From the NCBI GenBank assembly GCA_902591485.1, contig CACJAV010000002.1:55172-119171 (forward strand): 64,000 bases of DNA, in the 5' to 3' direction. Shown here one piece after another: positions 20,274 through 28,936 of the stretch (position 1 is its first letter; every line of letters starts with the position of its first letter). This DNA comes from an uncultured Alphaproteobacteria bacterium (GTDB taxonomy: Bacteria > Pseudomonadota > Alphaproteobacteria > HIMB59 > GCA-002718135). Under the pieces are notes generated by a model. The model had not been told where the DNA came from and did not search any database. It was given only the letters and a program-made list of their open reading frames with translations. Position numbers and translations under genes: made by a program.

Positions 20274-21380
20274 ATGACAATAGTTAACTCTTGGAATGAA
20301 TGGGATCCACTAAAACATGTAATTGTGGGCACTGTTGAAAATTCAAACGTCCCTCCAATGGAGCCTGCATTAGAACCTAAAATTAGTAAAGATAGTGGTA
20401 TGGTTGGCTCACACGGACCGAGGAGTCAAGAGTCGATTGAGAAAGCAAATATTCAACTTGAAAATTTTATAAAAATTCTTGAAGCAAATAATGTTAGAGT
20501 TGATCGCCCAACTCCGATTGATTTTACAAAAGCAATTGCTACTCCTGATTGGAATAATGAAGGTCAATTTGGATCTATGCCTCCAAGAGATGTTATCTTA
20601 ACAGTTGGAAATGAGATGTTAGAAGCGCCAATGTCTTATCGTTGTCGCTGGTTTGAGTATCTTGCATACCGACCTCTACTTGAAAGATATTATGATGAAG
20701 ACCCAAATATGCGCTGGGAATCAGCCCCTAAACCTCGCTTAACTGCAGAAAGTTATAAAAAAAATTATTTACCAGAAGGTATTACTGAAGAAGAAAGATA
20801 TAAAAAAATTGAAGATAGAGATATGATCTTGACAGAGCAAGAGCCTCTTTTTGATGCTGCAGAAGTACTGCGTTTTGGAAAAGATTTATTCTATCACAAC
20901 AATTTTACATCAAATTTAAAGGGATTAAATTGGTTAAAAAGACATTTTCCAAAACATCGTGTTCATCAAATTAATTTACCTGGAGATTTAATTCCAACCC
21001 ACATTGATGCATGTTTTACACCAATTAAACCAGGTTTAATTATTATTAATCCAAATAGAAAAATATCAAATGAACAAAGAAAAATTTTTGATGATAATAA
21101 ATGGGAAATTCATGAGGCCGCTCCATCAATCCATAATTCTCCACCACCGATGTGTTACTCATCAATTTGGCTATCTATGAATGTATTAATTTTAAACCCC
21201 AAAACAATTTGTGTTGAAGCATCAGAAGAAAAAATGATTAAGCAAATGGAAAGTTTTGGAATGGATGTTATTCCTGTTCCTTTTAGAGATGCCTATGCTT
21301 TTGGCGGTAGTCTTCATTGTGCAACGACTGATGTTTATAGAGAAGGTGAATGTGAAGATTATTTTCCTAATCAACCATGA
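20274..21380 (+). CDS. AGAT/StrB1-type amidinotransferase
   Basis: 368 aa, collinear with L-arginine:glycine amidinotransferase (SWNEWDPL..VIVG, MPPRD, EAPMSYRCRWFEY, EPLFDAAE, PTHIDACF, GGSLHCATTD). The Asp/His/Cys catalytic positions appear retained. Confidence 0.88.
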   Translation: MTIVNSWNEWDPLKHVIVGTVENSNVPPMEPALEPKISKDSGMVGSHGPRSQESIEKANIQLENFIKILEANNVRVDRPTPIDFTKAIATPDWNNEGQFGSMPPRDVILTVGNEMLEAPMSYRCRWFEYLAYRPLLERYYDEDPNMRWESAPKPRLTAESYKKNYLPEGITEEERYKKIEDRDMILTEQEPLFDAAEVLRFGKDLFYHNNFTSNLKGLNWLKRHFPKHRVHQINLPGDLIPTHIDACFTPIKPGLIIINPNRKISNEQRKIFDDNKWEIHEAAPSIHNSPPPMCYSSIWLSMNVLILNPKTICVEASEEKMIKQMESFGMDVIPVPFRDAYAFGGSLHCATTDVYREGECEDYFPNQP

Positions 21381-22129
21381 ATAAATTTACACAGCATGAT
21401 TTAACTGCAGACATTATTAAAACGAATAATCCAAGAATAGGACTAATAGCTTTATCAACAGATTTTACTATTGAACAAGATTATAGAAATGTCTGTCACT
21501 CAATCCCTGTTGATATTTTTGTTAATCGTATACCTTTTGAAAATCCATTAAATCATGAAAATTATTTGAAAATGGCAAATCATATTAGTGAGGTTGCATC
21601 ACAAATTTTACCATCGCAGGAAGTAGATATTATTGCATATGGATGTACATCTGGAACAATTGCTATTGGCTCAGATAGGATAAAAAAAGAGATCAACAAA
21701 ACTAAACCTAAGGCCAAAGTTACAACTCCAATAACAGCAGCATTGAAAGCTTTTAATAATTTAGGTTTAAAAAATATTGCAGTTCTAACTCCTTATCCAA
21801 AAGATGTAAATGTAACTGTTTATAATTATTTAATTGATAATAACATCAATATTGAGTCTTTTAGCTCATTTAATTTAGAATATGATTCTGAAATTGCACA
21901 AGTAAGTTTAGCAAGTTTGGAAAAAGAAATTAAAAAAATAGACCTCAGTAATGTTGACGGTTTGTTTGTTTCCTGCACTGCTCTTAAAATTGTAGATGTA
22001 TTGGACCGAGTTGAAAGGTCTCAAAATACTATAGTAATATCAAGTAATCAGGCTATTATATGGGACTGCTTAAGGTCAGTTGGTATTGACTCAAAAATAA
22101 TAGGCTATGGTAAATTATTTCTGAGCTGA
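21377..22129 (+). CDS. EutA-like Asp/Glu-racemase-superfamily protein (maleate isomerase/arylmalonate decarboxylase-like)
   Basis: 250 aa with an ATGA overlap onto the upstream gene. It has two Cys motifs (YGCTSG and VSCTAL) typical of this fold, and lies directly upstream of eutB/eutC-like genes. Confidence 0.75.
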   Translation: MNKFTQHDLTADIIKTNNPRIGLIALSTDFTIEQDYRNVCHSIPVDIFVNRIPFENPLNHENYLKMANHISEVASQILPSQEVDIIAYGCTSGTIAIGSDRIKKEINKTKPKAKVTTPITAALKAFNNLGLKNIAVLTPYPKDVNVTVYNYLIDNNINIESFSSFNLEYDSEIAQVSLASLEKEIKKIDLSNVDGLFVSCTALKIVDVLDRVERSQNTIVISSNQAIIWDCLRSVGIDSKIIGYGKLFLS

Positions 22130-22164
22130 AATATGGAATTTGCAAATGAGGTATAATAAAAAAA

Positions 22165-23115
22165 TTGATTAATTTAGAAAGAATTAAAAAAGCACATGAA
22201 GCTATTTCTCCCTATATAAATAGGACTCCATTAATATTATCAAATTATTTATCTAAGGATAGAATTGTTAAGCTAAAGTTAGAGTCATTGCAAATTACCA
22301 ACTCCTTTAAATTACGAGGTGCTACAAATAAATTATTGTCATTAGATAATGAGCAAAAACAAAAAGGTGTAATAGCTGTATCAACAGGCAATCATGGTAA
22401 GGGCGTTGCTTACGCTGCAAGTGTTCTTGGAATTAAATCAACAATTTATATGTCTTCAATGGTTCCTCAATATCGTAAAGAAGCAATAGAAGCATTAGGT
22501 GCTAAAGTTGAAATTATTGGAAATAATAGTGATGAGGCTGACTTGTATGCAAAAAAACTCGCTAAAGAAAAAAATATCACTTTAATCCATCCTTTTGATG
22601 ATGAAGAGGTAATTGCAGGTCAAGGAACTGTGGGTTTAGAAATGTTAGAAGACTTTCCTGAGGTAGATACTGTTATAATTCCTACTTCTGGCGGTGGATT
22701 AATTGGAGGTATTGCTTTAGCCATTAAATTACAAAAACCATCTGTAAAAATAATTGCTGTTTCAATGGAAAGAGGACCTTCCATGTATGAAAGTTTAAAA
22801 AATGGTAAACCAACAGATGTTGAAGAATTAGAAACTTTGGCTGATTGCTTGGGTGGAAGCATAGGTTTAGATAATCAATATACTTTTAAAATAGCTCAAG
22901 ATGTGATTGATGATTTTGTCCTAGTAAGTGAAAATAAAATTGCTGAAGGTATAAAATTTAATTTTATTGAACATAAAATTGTAACAGAAGGGGCTGCTGC
23001 TACAGGTGTTATGGTAGTGAAAGATAATATGTCTGATAAAATTGGTAAAAATATTATTAGTTTAATATGTGGTGGAAATATTGATGCTGAACTTTTTAAT
23101 AAAATAATTTCATGA
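22165..23115 (+). CDS. EutB-like PLP-dependent threonine/serine dehydratase family protein
   Basis: 316 aa with a TTG start. It has the PLP-lysine motif NSFKLRGA, STGNHGKG and the glycine loop TSGGGLIGG. Confidence 0.85.
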   Translation: MINLERIKKAHEAISPYINRTPLILSNYLSKDRIVKLKLESLQITNSFKLRGATNKLLSLDNEQKQKGVIAVSTGNHGKGVAYAASVLGIKSTIYMSSMVPQYRKEAIEALGAKVEIIGNNSDEADLYAKKLAKEKNITLIHPFDDEEVIAGQGTVGLEMLEDFPEVDTVIIPTSGGGLIGGIALAIKLQKPSVKIIAVSMERGPSMYESLKNGKPTDVEELETLADCLGGSIGLDNQYTFKIAQDVIDDFVLVSENKIAEGIKFNFIEHKIVTEGAAATGVMVVKDNMSDKIGKNIISLICGGNIDAELFNKIIS

Positions 23116-24095
23116 CACTTATACTCAATTCAAATGAAATAAAGCATTGTGTACAATTTAATAAAGATCTTATTCCTATAATCGAAGATGCATTTAAAAG
23201 TTTATCACTGGGAAAAACAGTTATGCCACCAATATTAAGAGTTGATATAGAAAAATATCATGGTGAGTCAGATGTAAAGGCAGCTTATGTTGAAGGTTTA
23301 GATAGTTTTGCAGTAAAGGTTGCTTCAGGATTTTTTAATAATTCAAAATTAGGTTTGCCTTCTAGTAATGGTCTAATGATTCTTTTAGACTCTCAAACAG
23401 GAATTATCAAATCTGTACTTTTAGATAAAGGATATTTAACTGATGTGAGAACCGCTATTGCGGGTGCAATTGCTTCTAAATATTTATCTAATCCAGAATC
23501 TTCTACAGTTGCAATAATTGGAGCTGGTATACAAGCGCGTATGCAACTTGAGGCTCTTTCTTTAGTTAGGGACATAAAAAATGTAAAAGTTTGGTCACGG
23601 GATATTAATAAGGCTAATGAATACATACAAACTTTAAAAAAAATTTATGATTTTAATTTTCAAGCATTTGATAATACTAGTGACCTAGTCAAAGATGCCG
23701 ATATTTTAATCACAACTACTCCAAGTAAAAATCCTCTTATTAAATTTGCTTCCTTACCTAAAGGTATCCATATTACGGCAATGGGATCTGATGCAGAGGA
23801 AAAAAATGAGTTAGATCCAGAAATAATTAAAAATTGTGATATTTATGTTCCAGATAATCAGGCTCAAACAACAATTTTAGGAGAGCTAAATCACGCTATT
23901 AAAAAAAATCTTATAAAAAAGGAAACATTATTTTATGATTTAGGAAAAATTATTTTAAATCCAGAACTTGGAAGAAAAAGTAATAACGACATTACTGTGG
24001 CTGACTTAACTGGAACTGGAGTTCAAGATACTGCGATTGCCCGTTACACTTACTCAATTGCTAAAAATAAAAATCTAGGAATGAATGTAGAATAG
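23112..24095 (+). CDS. EutC-like ornithine cyclodeaminase/mu-crystallin family protein
   Basis: 327 aa with an ATGA overlap. Its Rossmann motif IIGAGIQARMQLEAL and overall layout are typical of the OCD/mu-crystallin family. Confidence 0.85.
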   Translation: MTLILNSNEIKHCVQFNKDLIPIIEDAFKSLSLGKTVMPPILRVDIEKYHGESDVKAAYVEGLDSFAVKVASGFFNNSKLGLPSSNGLMILLDSQTGIIKSVLLDKGYLTDVRTAIAGAIASKYLSNPESSTVAIIGAGIQARMQLEALSLVRDIKNVKVWSRDINKANEYIQTLKKIYDFNFQAFDNTSDLVKDADILITTTPSKNPLIKFASLPKGIHITAMGSDAEEKNELDPEIIKNCDIYVPDNQAQTTILGELNHAIKKNLIKKETLFYDLGKIILNPELGRKSNNDITVADLTGTGVQDTAIARYTYSIAKNKNLGMNVE

Positions 24096-24126
24096 GTATA
24101 GATCGTATTTTAGTAATAAAAAAATT

Positions 24127-25569
24127 ATGAATTCAAGTATTGTAGAAAAAACTGCGTCTTATTTTAGGGGGAAAGGTGTCATTCTTCCAACAATAGCAGA
24201 ATTGAAAAATCCTAATTTAATTAGTGAAGAAATTAAAAATAAAGTTTTAACTCTAGACAAAGATGCAATGGATCCAGCTAATTTGTTTAGAGTGCACTGG
24301 TTTAATCAAAGAGATCATAGTAATTTTTTAGATGTCCCAGAGCATATTGTTTTACCTAGTGAATTTACAGGTGTTGATGCAAAAATTATTGTCAATCTAG
24401 GTCGATATTTTCCACTAATTACAGCTCATAAAGTATTAGCTGCATATGGATGCTTGCTTCCACGAATTTTAAATGGTTCATTTGATTATTCAAAACATAA
24501 AGCCGTATGGCCATCAACTGGTAATTATTGTCGAGGAGGTGTGGCAATTTCAAAAATACTTGGATTAAAAAGTATTGCTATTTTACCTGAAGGCATGAGT
24601 CAGGAAAGATTTAATTGGCTAGAAAAATGGGTGGAAGATAAAAATGATATAATTAAAACAAAAGGTACTGAAAGCAATGTTAAAGAAATTTATGATGCAT
24701 GCAACGAGCTAGAAAAAAATAAAAATAATGACATTATTAATCAATTTAATGAATATTATAATTATGCAACTCATCGAGCTATTACAGGTTCATCCTTTGA
24801 AAAATCTTTTTTAAAGGTAAAAGGAAATACAAATTTACAAGCTAGGTTTTATGTTTCAGCGTCTGGTTCAAGTGGAACACTTGCAGCCGGGGATTATCTA
24901 AAAGAAAATCTCAATACAAAAATAGCAGTTGTTGAAGCAATTGAATGCCCAACTCTTCTTTATAATGGTTATGGAGAGCATAATATCCAAGGTATTGGAG
25001 ATAAGCATGTGCCCTTAATTCATAATGTCATGAATTCAGATTTTGTAGTTGGCGTATCAGATGAGGCTACAAATAATTTAAATCTATTGTTTAATACTAA
25101 TGAAGGAAAAAAATATTTAGAAAGTAGAAAAGGATTTGAAAAAGATTTTGTAAATAGATTACCCGAATTTGGGTTTTCTTCAATTGCTAATATTATTGCT
25201 TCTATAAAATTAGCTAAAAAAATGAAGTTATCAAAAAACGATGCTATTATAACAGTAGCAACTGATGGTGCTGATTTATATGAAACAGAGCTAGCTAAAA
25301 CTAAAAAACAATTTAACAAAATTTATGATGAGGTAACTTGTGCAGAAATTTTTGCTAAAAATTTTGAAGCAATAACTGTCGATCATACTTTAGAATTAAG
25401 CCAAATTGATAAAGAGAGAATATTTAATTTAGGTTATTATACATGGGTTGAACAACAAGGAACTAGTATAGAAGAATTTGAAAGTAGAAGAAATCAATCA
25501 TTCTGGGATAAGCATTACAAAGATATGATTTCACTTGATCCGAAAATTAAAGAGTTTAATTCTCTATAG
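24127..25569 (+). CDS. PLP-dependent enzyme, tryptophan-synthase-beta-like fold (type II), specific function unknown
   Basis: 480 aa. It has a candidate PLP lysine (TAHKVLAAY), STGNYCRGG (Asn-loop) and SASGSSGTLAAG (phosphate loop). It is about 150 aa longer than cysteine synthases. Confidence 0.7.
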   Translation: MNSSIVEKTASYFRGKGVILPTIAELKNPNLISEEIKNKVLTLDKDAMDPANLFRVHWFNQRDHSNFLDVPEHIVLPSEFTGVDAKIIVNLGRYFPLITAHKVLAAYGCLLPRILNGSFDYSKHKAVWPSTGNYCRGGVAISKILGLKSIAILPEGMSQERFNWLEKWVEDKNDIIKTKGTESNVKEIYDACNELEKNKNNDIINQFNEYYNYATHRAITGSSFEKSFLKVKGNTNLQARFYVSASGSSGTLAAGDYLKENLNTKIAVVEAIECPTLLYNGYGEHNIQGIGDKHVPLIHNVMNSDFVVGVSDEATNNLNLLFNTNEGKKYLESRKGFEKDFVNRLPEFGFSSIANIIASIKLAKKMKLSKNDAIITVATDGADLYETELAKTKKQFNKIYDEVTCAEIFAKNFEAITVDHTLELSQIDKERIFNLGYYTWVEQQGTSIEEFESRRNQSFWDKHYKDMISLDPKIKEFNSL

Positions 25570-25573
25570 TTAA

Positions 25574-26731
25574 ATGAAAACACAAGTACTTCACAATCAG
25601 TTGGTTGAGTGGAGACATGATTTGCACATGCATCCCCAAATAAGTTTTGAAGAAGAATATGCTTCTAATAAAGTGGCCACTTTGCTCAAAGATTTTGGGG
25701 TAGAAGTACATCAAGGAATTGCTAAAACTGGAGTAGTTGGTGTTTTAAAAAAAGGAAGTAGTAATAAAAGTATAGGTATTAGAGCCGATATGGACGCTTT
25801 ACCAATAAATGAAATAAATACTTTTTCTTATAAATCTAAGATTGAAAATAGAATGCATGCTTGTGGTCATGATGGACATACAACTATGTTATTAGGTGCT
25901 GCTAAATATTTAGCAGAACAAGGAAATTTTGATGGCACTATTTATTTTATCTTTCAACCAGATGAAGAAAATACCCTTGGGGCCAAAACAATGATTGATG
26001 AGGGTTTGTTTACTAATTTTTCAATAGATGAAGTTTATGGAATGCATAATATACCTGGAATGGAATTAGGAACATTCGGAACAAGAAAAGGAGGCATTAC
26101 TACTAGTGAAAATTTATTTGAAATTTTAATTAAAGGTAAGGGAGGTCATGCAGCTTTACCTCATATGTCAAAAGATACAATTACAATTGGTAGTCAGATA
26201 ATATTAGCTTTACAAACAATTGTTTCACGTAAATTAGATCCGGTAGCAGCTGGAGTTGTTTCTGTGACTGAGTTTATTACTGATGGAAAAAAAAATGTTT
26301 TGCCTGGTAATGGTTTGATCAAAGGAGATGCGAGAGCATTTTCTCAAGATACAAACACAATGATTGAAAAAAATATGAGACAACTTGTTGAAGGTATCTG
26401 TAATTCTTTTGGAGTTTCTGCTGAAGTAAAATATGAAACAACTTGTCCAATTACTTTTAATCAGCCAGAACAATCAGATGCAGCCACAAAAGCTGCAATC
26501 ACCTTATTAGGTGAAGATAAATGTAATGGTGACATTGATCCAAGACCTTTTTCAGAGGATTTTTCAATTATGTCAGAAAATACTCCTGGATGTTTTGTAT
26601 TAATGGGTAATGGAACCTCAGGTTCGTATGGAAGGCCATTACATTCAGCAGATTATGATTTTAATGACGAGTTATTAGTTAAAGGCTCTTCTTATTGGGT
26701 AGAGCTTGCTGAACAACAATTGAAAATATAA
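25574..26731 (+). CDS. M20D-family amidohydrolase (hippurate hydrolase/N-acyl-amino-acid deacylase-like)
   Basis: 385 aa containing GIRADMDALP, MHACGHDGH and FQPDEE, the metal-ligand motifs of the M20D family. Confidence 0.88.
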   Translation: MKTQVLHNQLVEWRHDLHMHPQISFEEEYASNKVATLLKDFGVEVHQGIAKTGVVGVLKKGSSNKSIGIRADMDALPINEINTFSYKSKIENRMHACGHDGHTTMLLGAAKYLAEQGNFDGTIYFIFQPDEENTLGAKTMIDEGLFTNFSIDEVYGMHNIPGMELGTFGTRKGGITTSENLFEILIKGKGGHAALPHMSKDTITIGSQIILALQTIVSRKLDPVAAGVVSVTEFITDGKKNVLPGNGLIKGDARAFSQDTNTMIEKNMRQLVEGICNSFGVSAEVKYETTCPITFNQPEQSDAATKAAITLLGEDKCNGDIDPRPFSEDFSIMSENTPGCFVLMGNGTSGSYGRPLHSADYDFNDELLVKGSSYWVELAEQQLKI

Positions 26732-26751
26732 ATTTTTTATGAATATTCGAG

Positions 26752-27900
26752 ATGTTTAAAAAAAATCTTGAAAAATTAAAGCAAGATCTTAACAAGAATA
26801 ATATTGATTTAGCTGTAATCACTGATGATGACTCTATTTATTATTTCACAGGTTACTTTGATTTTCTACATATGTCTTTTGGAAGACCAACTATTTTATT
26901 AGTTCCAAAAGATTCAGATACAGTTTTAATTACGCCTCTGATTGATGCACATTTGGTAAAAAAAAACTGTCCTGCAGATAAAATAATCACATGGAACGAT
27001 GGTGTTGATAATGAATGGAGAGAAGAACTGCCAAAGTATTTTAAAAAAAATACAAATATAGCAATTGAAAAATTTAAGATTAGCACTTTAGTACTAGATT
27101 ACATATCATCTTTAGATGAACAAAGGATATTTAAAAATATTACTCCAATTTTAGATTTAATAAGAATGGTTAAAACTCAAGATGAGCTAAAAATTGCCAA
27201 GTCCGCTGGCAAAGTCGCAGAAGCTATGATGTATGCTGGAAAAAATGCAATTGGACACAATGTTCCTGAATATGAAGTAGCTTTAGCAACTGCTCATGCA
27301 GGAACAAGAAAAGCTGCTGAAATATTAGAAAATGAATTTAAAGAAAGTGATATATCTCCTCTAATTCACTTTTTGCAAATTATGGCTTCCGGAAAAGACC
27401 TGCCTAAAACTCACCACCGATCCTCAATAAAATTAATCAAGGATGGAGACCCTGTTTTTCTGTGTTTTTGTGGTATGACAAACTTTCATAAATTTAAACT
27501 TGGTTTTGATAGAACATTTTGGCTAAAAGAAATTCGTGATAAAACGCAAATTAAAACCTACGAAACAGCTGTTCAGTCTCAAAAAGCAGCTTTAAGTGTT
27601 TTAGGTCCAGGTGTGAAAGCTGAAGATGTGCATGCAGCTTATGCGGACACTATTCAAAGTGCAGGCTATCCATATCCGACATTTAGATGTGGAAGAGCTA
27701 CTGGTTTTAGCATGTTAGAAGAGCCACAATTGGTAGCAGGTAATAAAACTATATTACAACCAGGTATGGTTTTTGCTGTTGATGGATCTGCAAATGAAGA
27801 AACATTTCGTGCTCAAGTTGGTGATAGTTTTATCATTACTGAAGATGGTTATGAGCAAATTACAAATTTTTCAAAAAAAATTGAGGATCTTATTATTTAA
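26752..27900 (+). CDS. M24-family creatinase-like amidino/peptide hydrolase
   Basis: 382 aa. The N-terminal creatinase/prolidase domain (YYFTGY..FGRP) and VPEYEVAL resemble Pseudomonas creatinase, and the C-terminus has the pita-bread fold. Confidence 0.8.
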   Translation: MFKKNLEKLKQDLNKNNIDLAVITDDDSIYYFTGYFDFLHMSFGRPTILLVPKDSDTVLITPLIDAHLVKKNCPADKIITWNDGVDNEWREELPKYFKKNTNIAIEKFKISTLVLDYISSLDEQRIFKNITPILDLIRMVKTQDELKIAKSAGKVAEAMMYAGKNAIGHNVPEYEVALATAHAGTRKAAEILENEFKESDISPLIHFLQIMASGKDLPKTHHRSSIKLIKDGDPVFLCFCGMTNFHKFKLGFDRTFWLKEIRDKTQIKTYETAVQSQKAALSVLGPGVKAEDVHAAYADTIQSAGYPYPTFRCGRATGFSMLEEPQLVAGNKTILQPGMVFAVDGSANEETFRAQVGDSFIITEDGYEQITNFSKKIEDLII

Positions 27901-28925
27901 TGCCAATCATTGAAGTTTATAATACTCACTGTTGTGGGGAAATAGGGGATGTTATTGTCTCAGGTGATATCAAATTAGAGGGTGAGACAATATTTGAACA
28001 ATCGAAATATTTATTTGATAATAAAAAACTGAGAAACTTTGTATTAAATGAACCAAGAGGTGGGGTGTTTAAGCATTGTAATTTAATTGTTCCTCCAAAA
28101 AATACTAAAGCATCTGCAGGTTTCATCATTATGGAGCCAGAAGACAATCCACCAATGAGTGGCTCAAACAGTATTTGTGTTGCAACCGTTTTATTAGAAA
28201 AAAAAATAATTCAATCTACTGAACCCTTAAGTGAATTTATTCTTGAAGCACCTGGAGGTTTAATTTCAATAAAAGCTGAAGTAAAAAATAATTGTGTAAA
28301 ATCAGTAGAAATAGAAAATCTTCCATCTTTTGTTGATTTATTAGATGTTAAACTTAAATCACAACATTTTGGAGAAATAACAGTCAGTACTGTATTTGGA
28401 GGCGATACATTTATAATTTGTAATGCAAAAGATTTTAACTTAACAATTGAACCTAATAATGCAAAAAAATTTGTTGAAATATCGAAGGAAATAATAAAAA
28501 TTGCAAATAATGAGTTTGGTTTTTCTCACCCGACACTACCATCTTTAAACTATATTTCATTCTGTCAATTCATTGAACCTGTTAAAATAAATAATCTAAA
28601 TCAAAAAGAAGGATGGAATACAGTTAGTATTAGACCTGGTAAATTGGATAGATCTCCATGTGGGACTGGAACATCAGCTAGGCTTGCACTTATGAGAGAA
28701 AAAAAAGAGATAGACATAGATGAAATATTTATTTCTAGATCAATTATAGGGTCTACTTTTGAAACAAAAATAAAAGAAGAATTTACTAACAATGGTAAAC
28801 AAATGATCAAACCTCTTATTAAAGGCTCAGCATTTATTACTGGTAAACAAGAACTTTATGTTTCTAAAGATGACCCTTTTCCTGAAGGTTACAGACTTAA
28901 TGATACCTGGCCAGATATAAAATAG
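27900..28925 (+). CDS. Proline racemase/4-hydroxyproline epimerase/3-hydroxyproline dehydratase superfamily protein
   Basis: 341 aa containing NEPRGG, and PMSGSNS where the family normally has MCGH. The second catalytic motif DRSPCGTGTSA is retained. Confidence 0.85.
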   Translation: MPIIEVYNTHCCGEIGDVIVSGDIKLEGETIFEQSKYLFDNKKLRNFVLNEPRGGVFKHCNLIVPPKNTKASAGFIIMEPEDNPPMSGSNSICVATVLLEKKIIQSTEPLSEFILEAPGGLISIKAEVKNNCVKSVEIENLPSFVDLLDVKLKSQHFGEITVSTVFGGDTFIICNAKDFNLTIEPNNAKKFVEISKEIIKIANNEFGFSHPTLPSLNYISFCQFIEPVKINNLNQKEGWNTVSIRPGKLDRSPCGTGTSARLALMREKKEIDIDEIFISRSIIGSTFETKIKEEFTNNGKQMIKPLIKGSAFITGKQELYVSKDDPFPEGYRLNDTWPDIK

Positions 28926-28936
28926 TAAAAAAATAT

